64,000 nucleotides of DNA from the human T2T-CHM13v2.0 reference genome, Homo sapiens (GCF_009914755.1 NC_060932.1); one strand, 5' to 3'; counted from the stretch's first letter, positions 1-14,079 are shown. Made by a program: numbers and translations. The notes: generated from the sequence alone by a model not told the origin.

Positions 1-175
1 TCTTGAGCAACTGCATGTATGGAGGTGTCCTTTTTTTGAGATGGGAAATTCTGCAGAAAGAGCGCATTCAGGAACCTGGAGGAGGATCAGGAACTCCCTT
101 CTAGACAAGTTGAGATTTAGGAGATATATACAGAAGCTGCTAGCAGTCCAGTTGGATATTCGAGTCTATAGCACG

Positions 176-206
<31 letters not shown>

Positions 207-365
207 TCTCTCTCTCTCTGTCTCTCACGAGATGACTGAGATGAAAATATAAATTTCAAATTTGTCAACATACATAGATGATATTTAAAGCCCTGAGTGT
301 GAGGTGATCCCCTAGGGAGAAGAAAAAAATGAAAGGGGAAAAGAAAGAGATTAAGAGAATGAGAC
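1..365 (-). mobile_element. L2 LINE fragment
   Basis: Antisense L2-like motifs (cagttggatattcgagtct; gatgatatttaaagccctgagtgtgaggtgatcccctagggag); interrupted by a microsatellite. Confidence 0.6.
172..227. repeat. Compound (CA)n(CT)n microsatellite
   Basis: Directly visible CA run followed by CT run. Confidence 0.97.
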
Positions 366-1454
366 ATGGTTATGGCTATAATTAGCTACTGTTAACTGTC
401 ACTGGGAAGGACTTGTCTTTGAGTACACAAAGAATAATGGGCAGACTTACTTTCCATTAAGATGATAGGATGAAGGTGTCAGGAATGTTTTCTATGATTT
501 TTTCCAGGCCACCCCAGTAGTTGGCATCTCCTCCCCTCTCCCAATCCCAAATTTCATCCTCAAAGGTACAACACTATGGGATATAAGAAGCCTTGTTAAG
601 TGATAGTAGAGGAATACTCTTTTTGATGTGTGTTATTTACTTCTAGGTATTAAGTTTTCTCCCCCAAGAGTGCCATCCGCGAATTTGTAGTGTTTGTATT
701 CTCACTAGCTCTGTTAGCCCTGTTAACCAAGTGAAATCTCCATGTGAGAAGCCAGAGGGTAGCTATCAAATCCTACCATTCAGACACTTTATGGAAATGA
801 ACTGAGTAGATTACAAAAGGAAGAGCCAAATGCCAAATACCATCCTCCCCACATCAGTCCCTAGGTTGACATTTAGGCAACAGCCTCTGAGTCTATGAGG
901 TTTTCTGAGATTGTTCAGAAATCTAGCCAAGGTTACTAAAAACTTCAATTCAAGAGCCAGTGGGTCTTTGCCACTTACTTAGTGCTTCATGAATATGCAC
1001 TTCAGCATGTACCCCTTCCTGTTCTTTTTTTTCTCTTTCCTTTTCTCTGTGATTTTTATACATGATGCCCAGCTCACTATGGGTCCAGCACAAGGAAAAG
1101 AGGTATCAAGTGTGAGAAGAATATGTGACAGCTGGTGCCATAGAGCCCCCATCAAGGGGGAAAAAAAAAAAAAAACAGAATAAGACCAATTTCAGTTTTT
1201 CCTACAGTGCTTGGAAAATATTAGCTCACTTGTAAGCCAAATTTGGGTGTACTCATAGAAAGCATTTCAAGGCACAGAATTGTTATTTAGCTAAATGTGC
1301 CAAGTCAATTCACTCAAGGTTACAGTATAACCATCCATTTCTTCTTTACTCTTTCCTTTTATGTTTAATGACCCCTCTCAAAACGGGAGATGGTAGAAAA
1401 ATACACCCAACTTTTTGCTGTTCATGGTGCTAACACTCAGGGAATCTACTATGA

Positions 1455-1618
1455 CAGTCGTCCTCAAATTTTAATAGGTGTAAGAATCACCTGGAGCATT
1501 TGTTAAGATAGTTTTATGCACCCCTTCTGATTCAGCAGGTCAGATGAACTTGCATTTCTAACATGTCTGCAGGTGATGCTGATGCTGCTGGCCCTACAAC
1601 CATATTTTGAGAACCAAT
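1455..1618. mobile_element. MER5A (hAT-Charlie) DNA transposon
   Basis: agaatcacctggag...ttctgattcagcaggtc...tgcatttctaaca...caggtgatgctgatgctgctgg...tttgagaacca matches recalled MER5A. Confidence 0.8.
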
Positions 1619-1627
1619 TTGTACTTG

Positions 1628-1834
1628 ATCTCCCAGAGGTCCCAGTGGAAATGAGCCCCAGTTGCTCACGTAGTAACCTACTCAGTAACTCACTCTTTCT
1701 TCACTTCTTTCCCTTCCCCGCGTGATGTTCCTATTCCTCTAACCAGTGTTTTCTGGGATCATCTCCCTAATAAACTATTTTCACTCAAATCTCAGGCTCA
1801 GTGGCCATTTCTGAAATTAATTCAAACCAAGATA
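1628..1834 (+). mobile_element. ERVL LTR 3' part (LTR16-like)
   Basis: ctgggatcatctccctaataaactattttcactcaaatc...aaaccaagata resembles the LTR16-family 3' end. Confidence 0.55.
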
Positions 1835-2266
1835 AAGACAGAGCCACAGGGCAAATAAGCAAAAAGGAAAGCAATGGGAAACGTCTCAGCAGGAGGCTGC
1901 CCACGCTGCTGTGCAGAGCACTGCTGCAGCCTCAGGGCTCCTGGAAGTTTCAGCGGTATGCTCTCTGCAAGCCTCACTCCAGACTCAGTCTCAGGCCAGA
2001 GCATTAGGTGGACTAAGCCTTGGACTAATGCTGCTTTTTTGGCTGCCTAAATGCCCAAGTTCAAAATATCGATATAATCTTGGATTTCTCACTCTCCATT
2101 TCCCTTTATCATCCAATTGATCATCACATGTTGCCACTTCAGCCTCTTTACTTCAAAGATGTTTCCTCATCCACATCCTCTATGTCCAGTTCAGGCCCTC
2201 CCTCATCCTTTTTCCCTTGGCAAACAAGAGTCAAGTGACTGATGTCTCTGTCCTTAGTCTGGTCTC

Positions 2267-2562
2267 TTTCTTTTTTGAGACAGATTCTCTCTCGCTCTGT
2301 CGCCCAGGCTGGAGTGCAGTGATGTGATCTTCACTAATTGCAACCTCTGCCTCCTGGGTTCAAGTGGTTCTCCTGTCTTGGCCTTCTGAGTAGCTGGGAA
2401 TACAGGCGTGTGCCATCACTCCCAGCTAATTCTTGTATTTTTAGTAGAGACGGGATTTCACCGCGTTGGCCAGGCTGGTCTCAAACTCCTTACCTCAGGT
2501 GATCAGCCCACCTTGGCCTCCCAAAGTGCTGAGATTACAGGCATAAGCCACTGTTCCCGGCC
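2267..2562 (-). mobile_element. AluS (Sx/Sz-like)
   Basis: Full-length antisense dimer: T tail, gcccaggctggagtgcag, cctcaggtgatc, ends cccggcc. Confidence 0.97.
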
Positions 2563-2831
2563 CCCTCTTCTTTACATCCTTAATACTGATGCTAGTATAA
2601 ACTTTCTAGAATGAAAATATGACCAGTCCCTGAAAACCTTCTGGTGGTTCCTTGGATAAAGGCCAAGATCAAAGAAGGCCATCTATAACCAAATCCCTGC
2701 TTAGTTCTCCAGTCTAATCTCTCATTTCTTCCAAGCATACACTGTACACTTAAGTCACATCAATTTACTTTCATGATCCTATACAGATGCTCTCTTTCAC
2801 CTCCATGCTTCTGCTGACATGCCTGGAACTC

Positions 2832-3180
2832 ACTTATTCAACAAATATTATACTGAACTCCAAATCTATGCCAGATACTGTTCTAGATGGTAGTTATATA
2901 GCTGGGAACAAACATGATAAAAATTCTGCCCTCAGGGAGCCTCCCTTCTCACATGGTGAGACAGACAATATACGAAATCAATAAGAAGAATGTCAGATAG
3001 TGACATGTGCCAAGGAGAAAGAAGATACAGTGCGATAGAACAAGAAGTTCAATTTTAAATGGGATGTGAAGGGAGCCCTCAATTAAAAAGAATACATTTG
3101 AGCAAAATCCTCCTGGAGAGAGGCAGTGAGTCTTGCAGATATCTGAGACAGGTTGTTTCAGCAGAGGGAACAGCAAGGCT
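2832..3180 (-). mobile_element. L2 3' end
   Basis: ttattcaacaaatatt...tatgccagatactgttctag...ctgccctcagggagc, typical antisense L2a terminus. Confidence 0.7.
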
Positions 3181-3354
3181 GAAAACCCATCCTTGTTCTC
3201 CTTTTCCTGCCTGGATTCCCTTATCTAATTCATCCTCCAGGTTGGATCTCTCCTGCTACCTGGAGCCTTGCCTAACTCCCATTGTCCATTCTCAACTAAA
3301 CATCCCACCTCTGTGCTCTGAGAACATCTGGCCATGTGCTTATTACAGCATTTA

Positions 3355-3580
3355 AAATATTGATGATAATAAATTGCAGTTAACATGTGTAACGTACTTA
3401 CTGAAGGCCAGGTATTGTGTGGTTCACTTGGATGACCTGCTTTCAATACTCATGTCACTGTAAGAAGTTGTGTATTTATATTATCTCATTTTATTATCTC
3501 ATCCCTGTCTGCTTTACAACAAGGAAGAAATTGACACACAGAGAAGTTAAGTAACTTGTTTAACATCACCAAGAATTCTA
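3355..3580 (-). mobile_element. MIR
   Basis: gaagaaattgacacacagagaagttaagtaacttg MIR core. Confidence 0.6.
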
Positions 3581-4228
3581 GACTGGGCTTTTGGATAACA
3601 GGGACAATGTAGCTCCCATATGTGTGCCCTTCACAATGGTCTAGCTCTCAAAAAGGATCACTAGCTCAATGCTTCAAAAAGACCTTAACATATTCATTTA
3701 GTAAAATGGAACTTCTCTCTGTATCTTACCAAATCATGATCACATGAATCTATACATGTTTGATGAGTATGTTTGTGATGTATAACTTAAAAGTGAAATT
3801 TATTTGGTGAGACTCTGGGGTCACCTCACAAAGAAAGACTGGCATCTTTCAGAGAAGCTGGTATGGAAATGAATGCAAAGCTGTTTGGCTGCAAATTGGG
3901 AGAGACCTGCTCTATGAATTAAGACTCCATAGACTGAGGGAAACAGTAATGGTTTCAATGAAAAGCTCCAAATGGAAAATCAGATGTTCAGAATCACAGA
4001 TGTTGATGTATCATCAAGCCGCTTCTCACATGAGCACCTCCACATTGCTCTCCAGGTGAGTGGCAAGTCTCCGGGTGAGTAACTCCAGGGAGTTATTTAT
4101 ATAATTATGGTCAACAATTCTCCCAAGCAACTCCATGTGGGCTTGCAAGTGTCTAATATTTGTGAAGTTCTGCCAGCTAATCTTACCATTTCTCAGCTCC
4201 AGAATTGTACTACCTGTCTTTCTAGCCT

Positions 4229-4430
4229 AGTGTTTCCTAAGTGGCAATGATTTTGCCCTTTGGGGGATATTCAGCAATATCTGGAGATGTTTTTGGTTGT
4301 CACAACTGGTGGGGTCAGGTGCTACTGGCATCTAGTGGGTAGAGGCCAGGGATGCTGTTAAACATCTTACACTGTACAAGACAGTCTCCCGCAACTGAGT
4401 TATCCAGTCCAAAATGTCAACAGTGCCACA
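4229..4430. mobile_element. MER20 (hAT-Charlie)
   Basis: tttttggttgtcacaactgg...gctactggcatctagtgggtagaggccagggatgctgttaaacatc, diagnostic of MER20. Confidence 0.9.
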
Positions 4431-4614
4431 GACCTGTCTTGTTGCCTTTTATAATCCAAAGTAGCTCCCTTTGGTTCTCACCCAATGATGTGTCAAGAGT
4501 ATAAGCACTGTCCTTGCTGTTGTTTACTGGGGAGAATTATTGTTGCATTACATACATTTCCTGAAGTTGAATTGGGATGAATCATTGGAGCAAAAATGAT
4601 TCTCAGGTTGCTGC

Positions 4615-4955
4615 TTCAGCCTGGCATGCTCTTCATACCCTGTCCTTGGGGTGAACACTAATTCCCCTTGAAACTCAGAAGTGCCACTTCCAATATGAAG
4701 ACTTCTCTAACACCCCACAGGGAGAAATAATCACCTTTTCCTTTGCACCCCAACCATATCCCGTACATAATTCCAGCAAAGAAACCATAATACTTCATTG
4801 TCATTATTGTTACAAGCCTGTCTCCTTTACCACATCCCCATTAGCCCTTCACTGGAGCTCAGAGACCATGTCTTACTATTTTTCATTTCCCATGCCCGTA
4901 GCACAGCACCTGGCCCTTAATAGACATTTAATGCACGTATTTGAAATGAATGCAT
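4615..4955 (+). mobile_element. L2 3' end
   Basis: tagcacagcacctggc...tatttgaaatgaatg terminus. Confidence 0.55.
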
Positions 4956-6487
4956 TTTCAGGGAGAAATCTGGTTCTCGCAGTTGTTCTACATTCAGCTA
5001 CTCTAATTTTTACCATAAATGTGACTTTCTTCTCCAGTTTCCAAATAGAATAAAAGCCAAGCAAACTACGTGGCCCATCCCTTTGCCCTCAGCCTCATGG
5101 CCCATATTACTAATGTTCAAGTTCAGAAGACATTTATCCAAAGCCCCAAAACAGCAATATGAAAGTCCTAGTGATGGTGGGAAAGGATGATAAAAATAGG
5201 CTGCTTAAAAATCAAGCACTTTTGCACAGAAAAAAAAGGAGAGGCAAACAGCCACTGGCACCTTCCTGTGAGTAACAGAAGTTTCTATTTTAAAAGAAAG
5301 GCAGTCAAATAACAAGCAACTTTATCACAATGCTGCTTTCCCAGATTTTTTGGCCAAGGCAACACATCAGCCTGGATCAGACTCTTGGCATTCCATGATG
5401 GACCCCGCTCCAATGATGATTCATAGCAGCCATGTGAGGAATGGAGACTTTCACACGAACTCGCCTCTTAAAAAAAAAAAAAAAAAAAAAAGCCAGCTAT
5501 TGCTGATATCTCCAGATATCAGCCAGTAAATGCAGCTCTGTCAAGCCTGCATGTGGCACTCAACTTTCCTCGGTAAATGACAAGGTAAGTGATGAGGTGG
5601 CCAAAGGCCTGGCCTCTCAGTGGTTCCCCATCATTTTACTCTCAGGTAGCCAGGATGTTTCCTCTCTTGGTTCAGTGTTCAAGTATCCCAGAAGTTTCAT
5701 GAACACAGTGGAAAAACAAATCTAATCCTTGTTTTCTTTCTTCACTCTTAAACTTTCTTTGGTTTTGAGTAATCTGTGTAGCTTTTGGATGGCTTTCACA
5801 TTAGGAATTTAAAAAAAAAAAAAAGTTCCCCTTACATCATTTTGACTTCCAGGTATTAAATAGTTGAGATGTCTAAGTTTGTTTGTGTTTTCATTAAGTT
5901 AACGTTTCTATCACCGTCTGCTCCTGATAGGCTTCAAGAAAACAATGCTGACCATTTAAGAATAAAACAGCACAGTTCATTGGAAGGAAACAGAAGGGAT
6001 GAATGCTCCTCGTAGCCTAAACCGAGTTGATTATCATTCTTGGGCACAATGTTGGCTTCAAGTTTTCCTGAAGCTAAGCCAGAAAAAAGAACAGATTGCA
6101 AGTGTGTGCATGTCAACACTGAGGAATTCGGATATTGAAAAGCGGGGAGGCAGGCCCCCACATCTCTTTCCTGAGAAAGGCTCAGGAGCAGGGGGAGCAG
6201 CCTCCTGTCCCTCCTAAGAGTGGGCGGTCCTGCCCTACACAAAGTCTGGCGAGAGGAGGAAGTCACTCTGGGACTTTCCCAATGATAATGGCAACATGTC
6301 GCTGGACTTCTGTCTAAATGACGTGCTCAAGGGCACAGATCCAAAAGAGAAGGTCTAGAACCCAAAATGAGAGCCTACTAGGCAGGACAAGCAGGGTGCT
6401 TTTTAGGTCTGTGATGCCTGACTTTTAAAAAGCAGTCCCACCATGGAATTTCTAAAATTCAGTTGATTCTTTCAAAATAGCGAAGCC

Positions 6488-6630
6488 AGGTTGGTCTCAA
6501 ACTCCTGACCTCAAACCCTGTCTCTACTAAAAATACAAACAGTTAGCCGGGCATGGTGATGGGCACCATTGCACTGAGTGACAAGAGTGAAACTCTGTCT
6601 CAATAAATAAATAAATTAATTAATTTAATT
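6488..6630 (+). mobile_element. Rearranged AluS (Sq/Sp-like): 5' inversion plus internal deletions
   Basis: 6485-6512 is antisense Alu left arm, 6513-6601 is sense Alu, then an AAT-rich tail; TSD aaatagc(g/a)aagcc at 6475-6487 and 6631-6643. Confidence 0.9.
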
Positions 6631-6729
6631 AAATAGCAAAGCCCTAACAACCCAGTTGCTATTATAAGTATCTGCCACTTATTAAGCATTTTTCAGTCAA
6701 TCCTCACAATAACACAATAAAAAAAGTAA

Positions 6730-7672
<943 letters not shown>

Positions 7673-7714
7673 GATAGGTCACAGGTTTAACTGCTACACT
7701 GTGCTCCTCTGAGG

Positions 7715-8165
7715 CTGGTATTATTATTCTCATTTTACACACGAGAAAACTGAGGCTCCATGAAATAAAATAAATGACCTAAAGTCACACAGATAGCCAA
7801 AGGTGGATCTGGCATCTGCTGACCCCAAAGTCATGCCTCAAAACCCTGCCCTATTGCCTCCACAGCATGTCCTTCCTTAGAGAAGTTACCTGCACAAGGG
7901 AATTTAGTCTCACGTGTCCTGGTAACTTTCTTTTAACTTCCATGAAAGGTGATAAAGAAATGATTGAGAAAATGCACTTCAGAATTAAGCTCAGGACCAA
8001 GCTGTGTGACTTTAGACAGATCATTTAACCTTTCTACACCTCGATTTCCTCATTTGTAAGAGAAGAATAATGACATCCACATCTTAGAGTTCAAAGACAC
8101 TGATTGTAAATAGTGTGGTCCAGTGCCAGGCACACAGTAAGGGCTCAGTAAATCCTAATTCAATC
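7715..8165. mobile_element. Two MIRs (about 7715-7860 minus, 7950-8165 plus)
   Basis: gagaaaactgaggctc; gctgtgtgactttagacagatcatttaacc...cagtgccaggcacacagtaag. Confidence 0.65.
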
Positions 8166-9352
8166 AATTAGAACACTGTTCTGGGGCGGGGGGTAGGCAT
8201 TGAGGCAAGTCCAGGACAAAGAAGGAGGTTCAGCTGCGGAAAAAAGGAGGAAAAGAGAGAGAGCGATAAAATTACGTTGTATGAGAATGTTGTGGTTGTT
8301 TTCATGCCTGTGTCTCTAAGACAAATCAGCAACATGGAACATTTGCAAACACTTGATCCACACCAAGACGTCTGGAGAAGGCCCCAAGGGAGAGCTGCTC
8401 CGTTCTGCCCTCCCTTCAGGCCAGCTGGGGGTGCCTCACTTGTTTCCAATCCTAAATCATTTGTTGTCAAAGAATTCAAAAATTTTGAGTTGGGGGGTGG
8501 AGATTTCAGTTTTCATTCTCTGGGAAGCCAAAATAGGCTAAAACAGTAACCTCAACACAAGCATGCCAATTACATATTCAATCAAATTTATTTCTGCATT
8601 CCACTTCATGCAATTAGAGAAGATAAGTACTAGTTTCAGGATACACAGTAGGTTTCTGAGTTTTTAAATTAAATCATTTATAATTAATTGAAAATTGTCT
8701 TTCTCAAAAGCAATGCAAGCCTACTTTTGAGATCTTACTAGCAGGCCCTGTATCAATTTGGAAACTGCAGACATACAACAAGGGATATGGAAAAGACAAC
8801 AACTAAAATAAGCTCTTTTTAAAACAGAAGAGAAAGAGGCAGGCTATTTAATGTTACAAGCTATAAAAGAGCAAGTTATTTCAATCACTAAATGAATTTA
8901 ATTTTTGGTTTTTTGCCTGCAAATAAAGCCTTTTATTCACTTATTCAGGTAATGTGCACCTATTGGTAACATACCGATTCTGCTGCAGGTTTCAGAGAAT
9001 TCATTCTTTGTCAATGAAATTTTTTAAAAAACAGTTGTTTATGCAGGGGGAACAGGAGGAGGTGAGCTGATGTGAGGACATTTTTCGATGGTTCCGTTCA
9101 TGCTCAAGAAAACTGTACATGTTAGACCTAAATCATTGATCTACCTAGACCTGGACTCTGCACACTAATCTAAAATGTTTATATTTTGGAAAGCAGAGGG
9201 TGAGGGAAGAAGCACATTAGCAAAGGTTGCTTGGCACCATCCCGGGCTATTTAAAGATCATGTGTGCATTGATTCAAAGAATAATTTATAAGCATCTATT
9301 ACAATAAAGACTAGAAGCTGGTGGCTGGAGAATTTTCACTGTAGTAAACCTT

Positions 9353-9839
9353 ACTTTGGTGGCCACTAATAAACCATGCATGCCAGCACCCATGACTGGT
9401 GTCATCCCCTCCCACACCCCATCCAATGGATCTGGACTTGCCCATGGGACTGGCTTTGGCCAATGGGATATTAGCAAATATGATGTAAAGAGATGTTTGT
9501 CTTCTTGGAAAGCTTGTTTTAGGAACAAACACTCTTAAAACCTAGACTCCGTGCTGTGAGAAGCACAAATTAACCATAAGCGGGAGATTTGAGGCCCTCG
9601 CTGAGAGCCTCAGCTGAGTTCTCCACCAACGGCCAACATCAACTTGCCTTGCCTGCCATCTTGGAATAATATCCTCCAGCACCTATTGAGCCTCCCCTCA
9701 TGGGTCATACTAGCCAATGCTACATTGAGAGAGATGAGCTGATCCTGCTAACTCCTGTTCAAATTTCAGAATAATGAATAGAAGAATAAATGTTGTTTTA
9801 AGCCATCATTTAGTTTTGCAGCTTTAGATAACCAAAATA
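9353..9839 (+). mobile_element. MLT1 (MaLR) solo LTR
   Basis: catgggactggctttggccaatggga...aataaatgttgttttaagcca...gcagctttagataaccaaaata. Confidence 0.75.
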
Positions 9840-10019
9840 GTGGTCTGACCATAGCACCAAGCACAGATGTGAAGTGAACTCTGCTCTTCCAGCCCAATAT
9901 GCACCTTCCTGAATCACCAAGAGGAAGAGAGCCTGCCTCTGACCTACACTGAGAGTTTGAGAAGGCTGGCTTATGCCCTGATATTCCCAACAATATTCTC
10001 TTTAATATCAACAGCAAAA

Positions 10020-10250
10020 GTATCATTTATTCTGCTCTTTTTAAGTGCCAGAGACTGCCAAGAGCTATCAATGTACACATATGTAGCATATCATTTTGTC
10101 CATACACAGCCTGTGAGAAATGAAATATCTCTATAAGAAGGTTGAGGAAACTGAGACTTAACGAAGTTAAATAATTTGCCCAAGAGGTTCCAGGCGACGT
10201 TCCAGTAATAAAATTAAGATTCTAACTAGTCCTTTACTGCTAAAGCCAGC
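10020..10250 (-). mobile_element. MIR
   Basis: tgaggaaactgagacttaacgaagttaaataatttgcccaag. Confidence 0.7.
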
Positions 10251-10714
10251 TTTCACCCGGGATATGCCTCCTTTACACTAGGAAGGCATTGCTGACCCAC
10301 TTCCATAGCCTGAGTCTCACATTCTGTTACCAGCAGAGGGGTAACTACTAAGGGGATTCTACTAATCTTACAACACTCTCTAGCCTTTATCTTCCCAAGC
10401 ATACATTTTTTTAGTAGTTGCCAAACATCAGGCAACTTCTGCCTTCTAGGAGGGGAAAAAAAGGAACCCATTCTTGGCAACATCCCACTCCTCATAGGTG
10501 TTCTCATCCCTGGTTCATCTCCAGCCACCAGCCACCCACCTCAGCTTCATTAAAGAGCTTGAATCACCAATGGGAAAACACCCACCCCTGGCCTGACCTG
10601 TCACAACCATACTCCTTGATGTTCTCTAGGGAAATATGCACACAGGGGACAGGGCCAGGAAAAGAAAGTGTTGTTACTGGTTGAATGCTGGACCCCAGAT
10701 GTTTGTACATGCCA

Positions 10715-10845
10715 GTATTGTATAATCATAACTTTTATTTGCACTAGGCAACCAAAAAAAAAGTTTGTGTGACTTTCTTTACTGCAATATTTGCTTTATT
10801 GTGGCTGTCTGGAACCAAACCTGCAGTATCTCTGAGGTACACCTG
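10715..10845 (+). mobile_element. Tigger1 (TcMar) 3' terminal fragment
   Basis: cataacttttatttgcactagg...tctggaaccaaacctgcagtatctctgaggtacacctg followed by TA. Confidence 0.85.
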
Positions 10846-13800
10846 TATGTTTCAAATGTTAATAATAATAATTACAAAGGGACAAAAGAGGGAAGATGGG
10901 AAGAGGAGGAGAATGAAGATGGGTTTATGGGGGAGAAAGATAGGAGTTCTGAGGTTGAGATCTACTGTTAACACTCCTTGTCAATACAGCATGCCACCCA
11001 CTAATAATAATTATTCATTTTTAAGTCTATTTGACCTGTTAAATAGTGAATTCATTGACAACAGGGATCCTGCCTTAGGTAAATTTGTAACTCCATCTTA
11101 TACAGCACTGACATATACATTTTTAGGATGATGGAGACTGAATGAATATTTTTTCTTAATTTCTACAGTTTTCCTAGTTGCTGGCACCTTGGCCCTGTGT
11201 CCAAACTCCTTGTTCCACCGTTTCAGCTTCTGTGGGCCATAAATCATGATATGACAGGAAGACATTGAGAAAATTGTATTTGGCCAAGATGCAGAATCCC
11301 AAAGTCTTGAATTATGCCCTCCCACAGACTCCCTTTTCAAGGACCAAAGAAGATATACGCAGAGAAGAACAGTAAAAAACACACAGTTGTTACATGAGAA
11401 TTTAGCATAGTGAACAAAGCTGGATGATGTGAAGGCCCTGCCCAGCCTAAAAGCAGACCTAAGCAGGCCTTGCTTCTTTTCCCTCTGGATTCATAGCCAC
11501 GATGAGGGGAAATGAGTCCTTGGAGAATCCCACCAAGGTCAAGCAAGCCAGAGAGCATTTGCCCTTTTTAGCTGGTCTAGTGGGCAACTGCAGGGCATCC
11601 CTAGAGCAGAGTAACTATCAAGCAGGTGCAGCATGGAGCCTATTTCTGCACCTGTCATGAGGAAGAAAGAGAGAAGGAGAAAGAATGCTCCAAGAGATGA
11701 CAAAGGACTCCAGAGAAACTGCTGCCACTTGGGACCCAGGGCGGATGCCCCTTACTTATTAGCAAAGATGTTCAAGCCTCTAGCATTGTGGCACAGTAAA
11801 TGGCCTTGACCTTAATCCATTATCAGCATTTATCCTTGAGGATACAATTTGGAGCTTGGTGTAGAAGAGGAGCTTCCCTCAGAGGCCAGGATAGCTCTGA
11901 AGACATGGCGATTTGTTTTTCCTGGTACCTGCTATCTTACTTTGAGCTGTGGTACTTTTACCTTACTGTTTCTTGTTTTTCTACCACATCTTTGCATCTT
12001 TGCATTTTTGGTCCCATCTCTCTTGACCTTGAACTCAACGTACATGCCTTATCTCTCATGAGTTCTCTGTGTTCGGTCTTGGGAAAAGAGAACAGGAATT
12101 TTCTTCCAGTGAATTCTGGAATCTTCATTTGTCACCTTTCTCCTCACGTTTTCCTTGCTGGAAGCTGCACACACATACTCACACAACACGCATGCATCCC
12201 TTTGCCTTCTGTGGATAAATAAGATTTTGTGTCTCAGAGCACAATGCTCTCTTGGGCTCTACCTTTTGGTGATATTTTTGAAATCAATTTAAAGTACCCT
12301 TGATATCCCTTGAAAGTTTTGTAAGATTTAACCCCTTAGGGGAAGAGTCAGAGGGCCTCTCTTTACACCTTACATCCCTCACCCTTTCAATCCCTTGGGT
12401 AAGAAGAGACATCTGAAAGGTTGAGATGCAGTCTTTACTCTGAGAACCTCCCTCCAAAACTGCTTCAACTGCTGACAGCTCACAAGACAGAACGTTGAGT
12501 TAATACCCAATATTAAACAAAGTCAAAAATCAAATACATCAATCACCTAACTAAAAGCACATTTCAAAGGAAGACATAGCCAACTGGATGGCAATCCTGA
12601 GCAACACTTGCCTTGGCAGGTATCTGATGAAGACACTGCTCTGTCTTGCTTCCAAAGTCCTTCTAAGCAGGCAGCTTGGCAGGCCAGTCTTGGATGGAGA
12701 GGGATGCCTCCAGTTTCCGGAGCCAGAGCTGAGGAAGGAGAAAGTAGACCACCTGCAGGCAGTACAACACTACTTCATACTTCCCTAATGCCTCACTCAC
12801 ATTAGCACACTGATCTTGCCTATGACCTTCACTGAGCTAGATCAAGATCCCCATGCTGCAGTGGGAAAACAAATATCCATTGTCTACTGATACCCACTGG
12901 GTCACTTTTGCTTTTGAATTCTTGAAATCTGGATTCCCTCTCAGTGTCCTCTAGGTTACCAGTACACTTATCCCCTCCAAATCAGGGCATAGTTGCAACT
13001 AAGCAATTAAGAGAAGACTGGAGACCAGTGGGATTGGAAGGTAATGGTGTCACTGGAGTTTCTAGGCTTTTATCTATCCAGACCTCTCCAATGTCTTGTC
13101 ATGCATCAATTCTCTCATCCGATCTTTTTGGGAATGCCCTCATCCTGGGTTACCAAGGAGCACCTGAAGCAGAGGATAAGTGAATGCCTTTCTCAAGGCA
13201 CAGGGCAAGACATTGGTGGTCTTGATTTGCTCCATCAACCCCACCTCCCAGATTTATGTTTGAACTGTTTGATCCTGGTGCTCACATGCAGGAACAGGAC
13301 ACTGGAGTGTGAAACGACAAAATACACCTCTTTCCTAAAGCAAAGCAATCTATCTTGATCACAAAGCTTGTCATGACACTAAAGCAAATCAGTGTAAACA
13401 AGGGCAGAGATGAGAACCATAATGAAGAGTTTGAGAAATTGTAAAGTGGTCCTGAAAGGAAGTGGTACCTCTTGAGAATAGTCCTATAAAGTGTATACCT
13501 GTCACTAAAAGATGCCCAAGACACTGACCTTAAGCCAATTACCATGTGTAGATCTGCTGTAACCAAAGAAGGTCACAGATATTCGATTCTGCAAAAAGCA
13601 GCTTTTAAAAATAAAAGTCAATTCTTGGCATGTGTTGCAATACTTCCCCTGTTCCAAACATAATACTGAAGCCACCCACAGGACCGCTGTCTTAGCCAAA
13701 TACAGTAAGGAAACAAGCCTTCTCGGGAAAGGCCCACATGAATAGTATCCAAGGGCCAAGGTCAGGTATCAATGCAAACCGGCTGCAAAATCTCCTCTTC

Positions 13801-14079
13801 TAGCACCACTGGGCATACTGTAGCTGAGTAAGCCAGCGATACTCTGTCCAGCTTTCTCAAAGTACTGCTCATAAAGACAATTCCATAGACTACAGGGACA
13901 GATGTCCGCTGGCACTCAGAACTTCAGACTCTGGGGAAGGCTCTGCCCAGTTTTTGCCTGTGAACTCAATCTCTATAAAACAGAGTGATGGCAATTGAGA
14001 AAAAGGCCTCTCATACAGTCTCCATGTAATCCAGAGTATCTGCTTCCTGAAATAATTTACTGATCTTTTCCCTATACAA

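Noticed and set aside
5470-5491. Isolated poly(A) runs (also 16668-16698 and 38195-38218) as retrocopy tails
   Set aside because: No flanking TSD or retrocopy body found; best read as expanded mononucleotide microsatellites.
10330-10343. CTCF-like ccagcagaggggta (also gagatggcgc near 27486)
   Set aside because: Each misses key core positions; not supportable from sequence alone.
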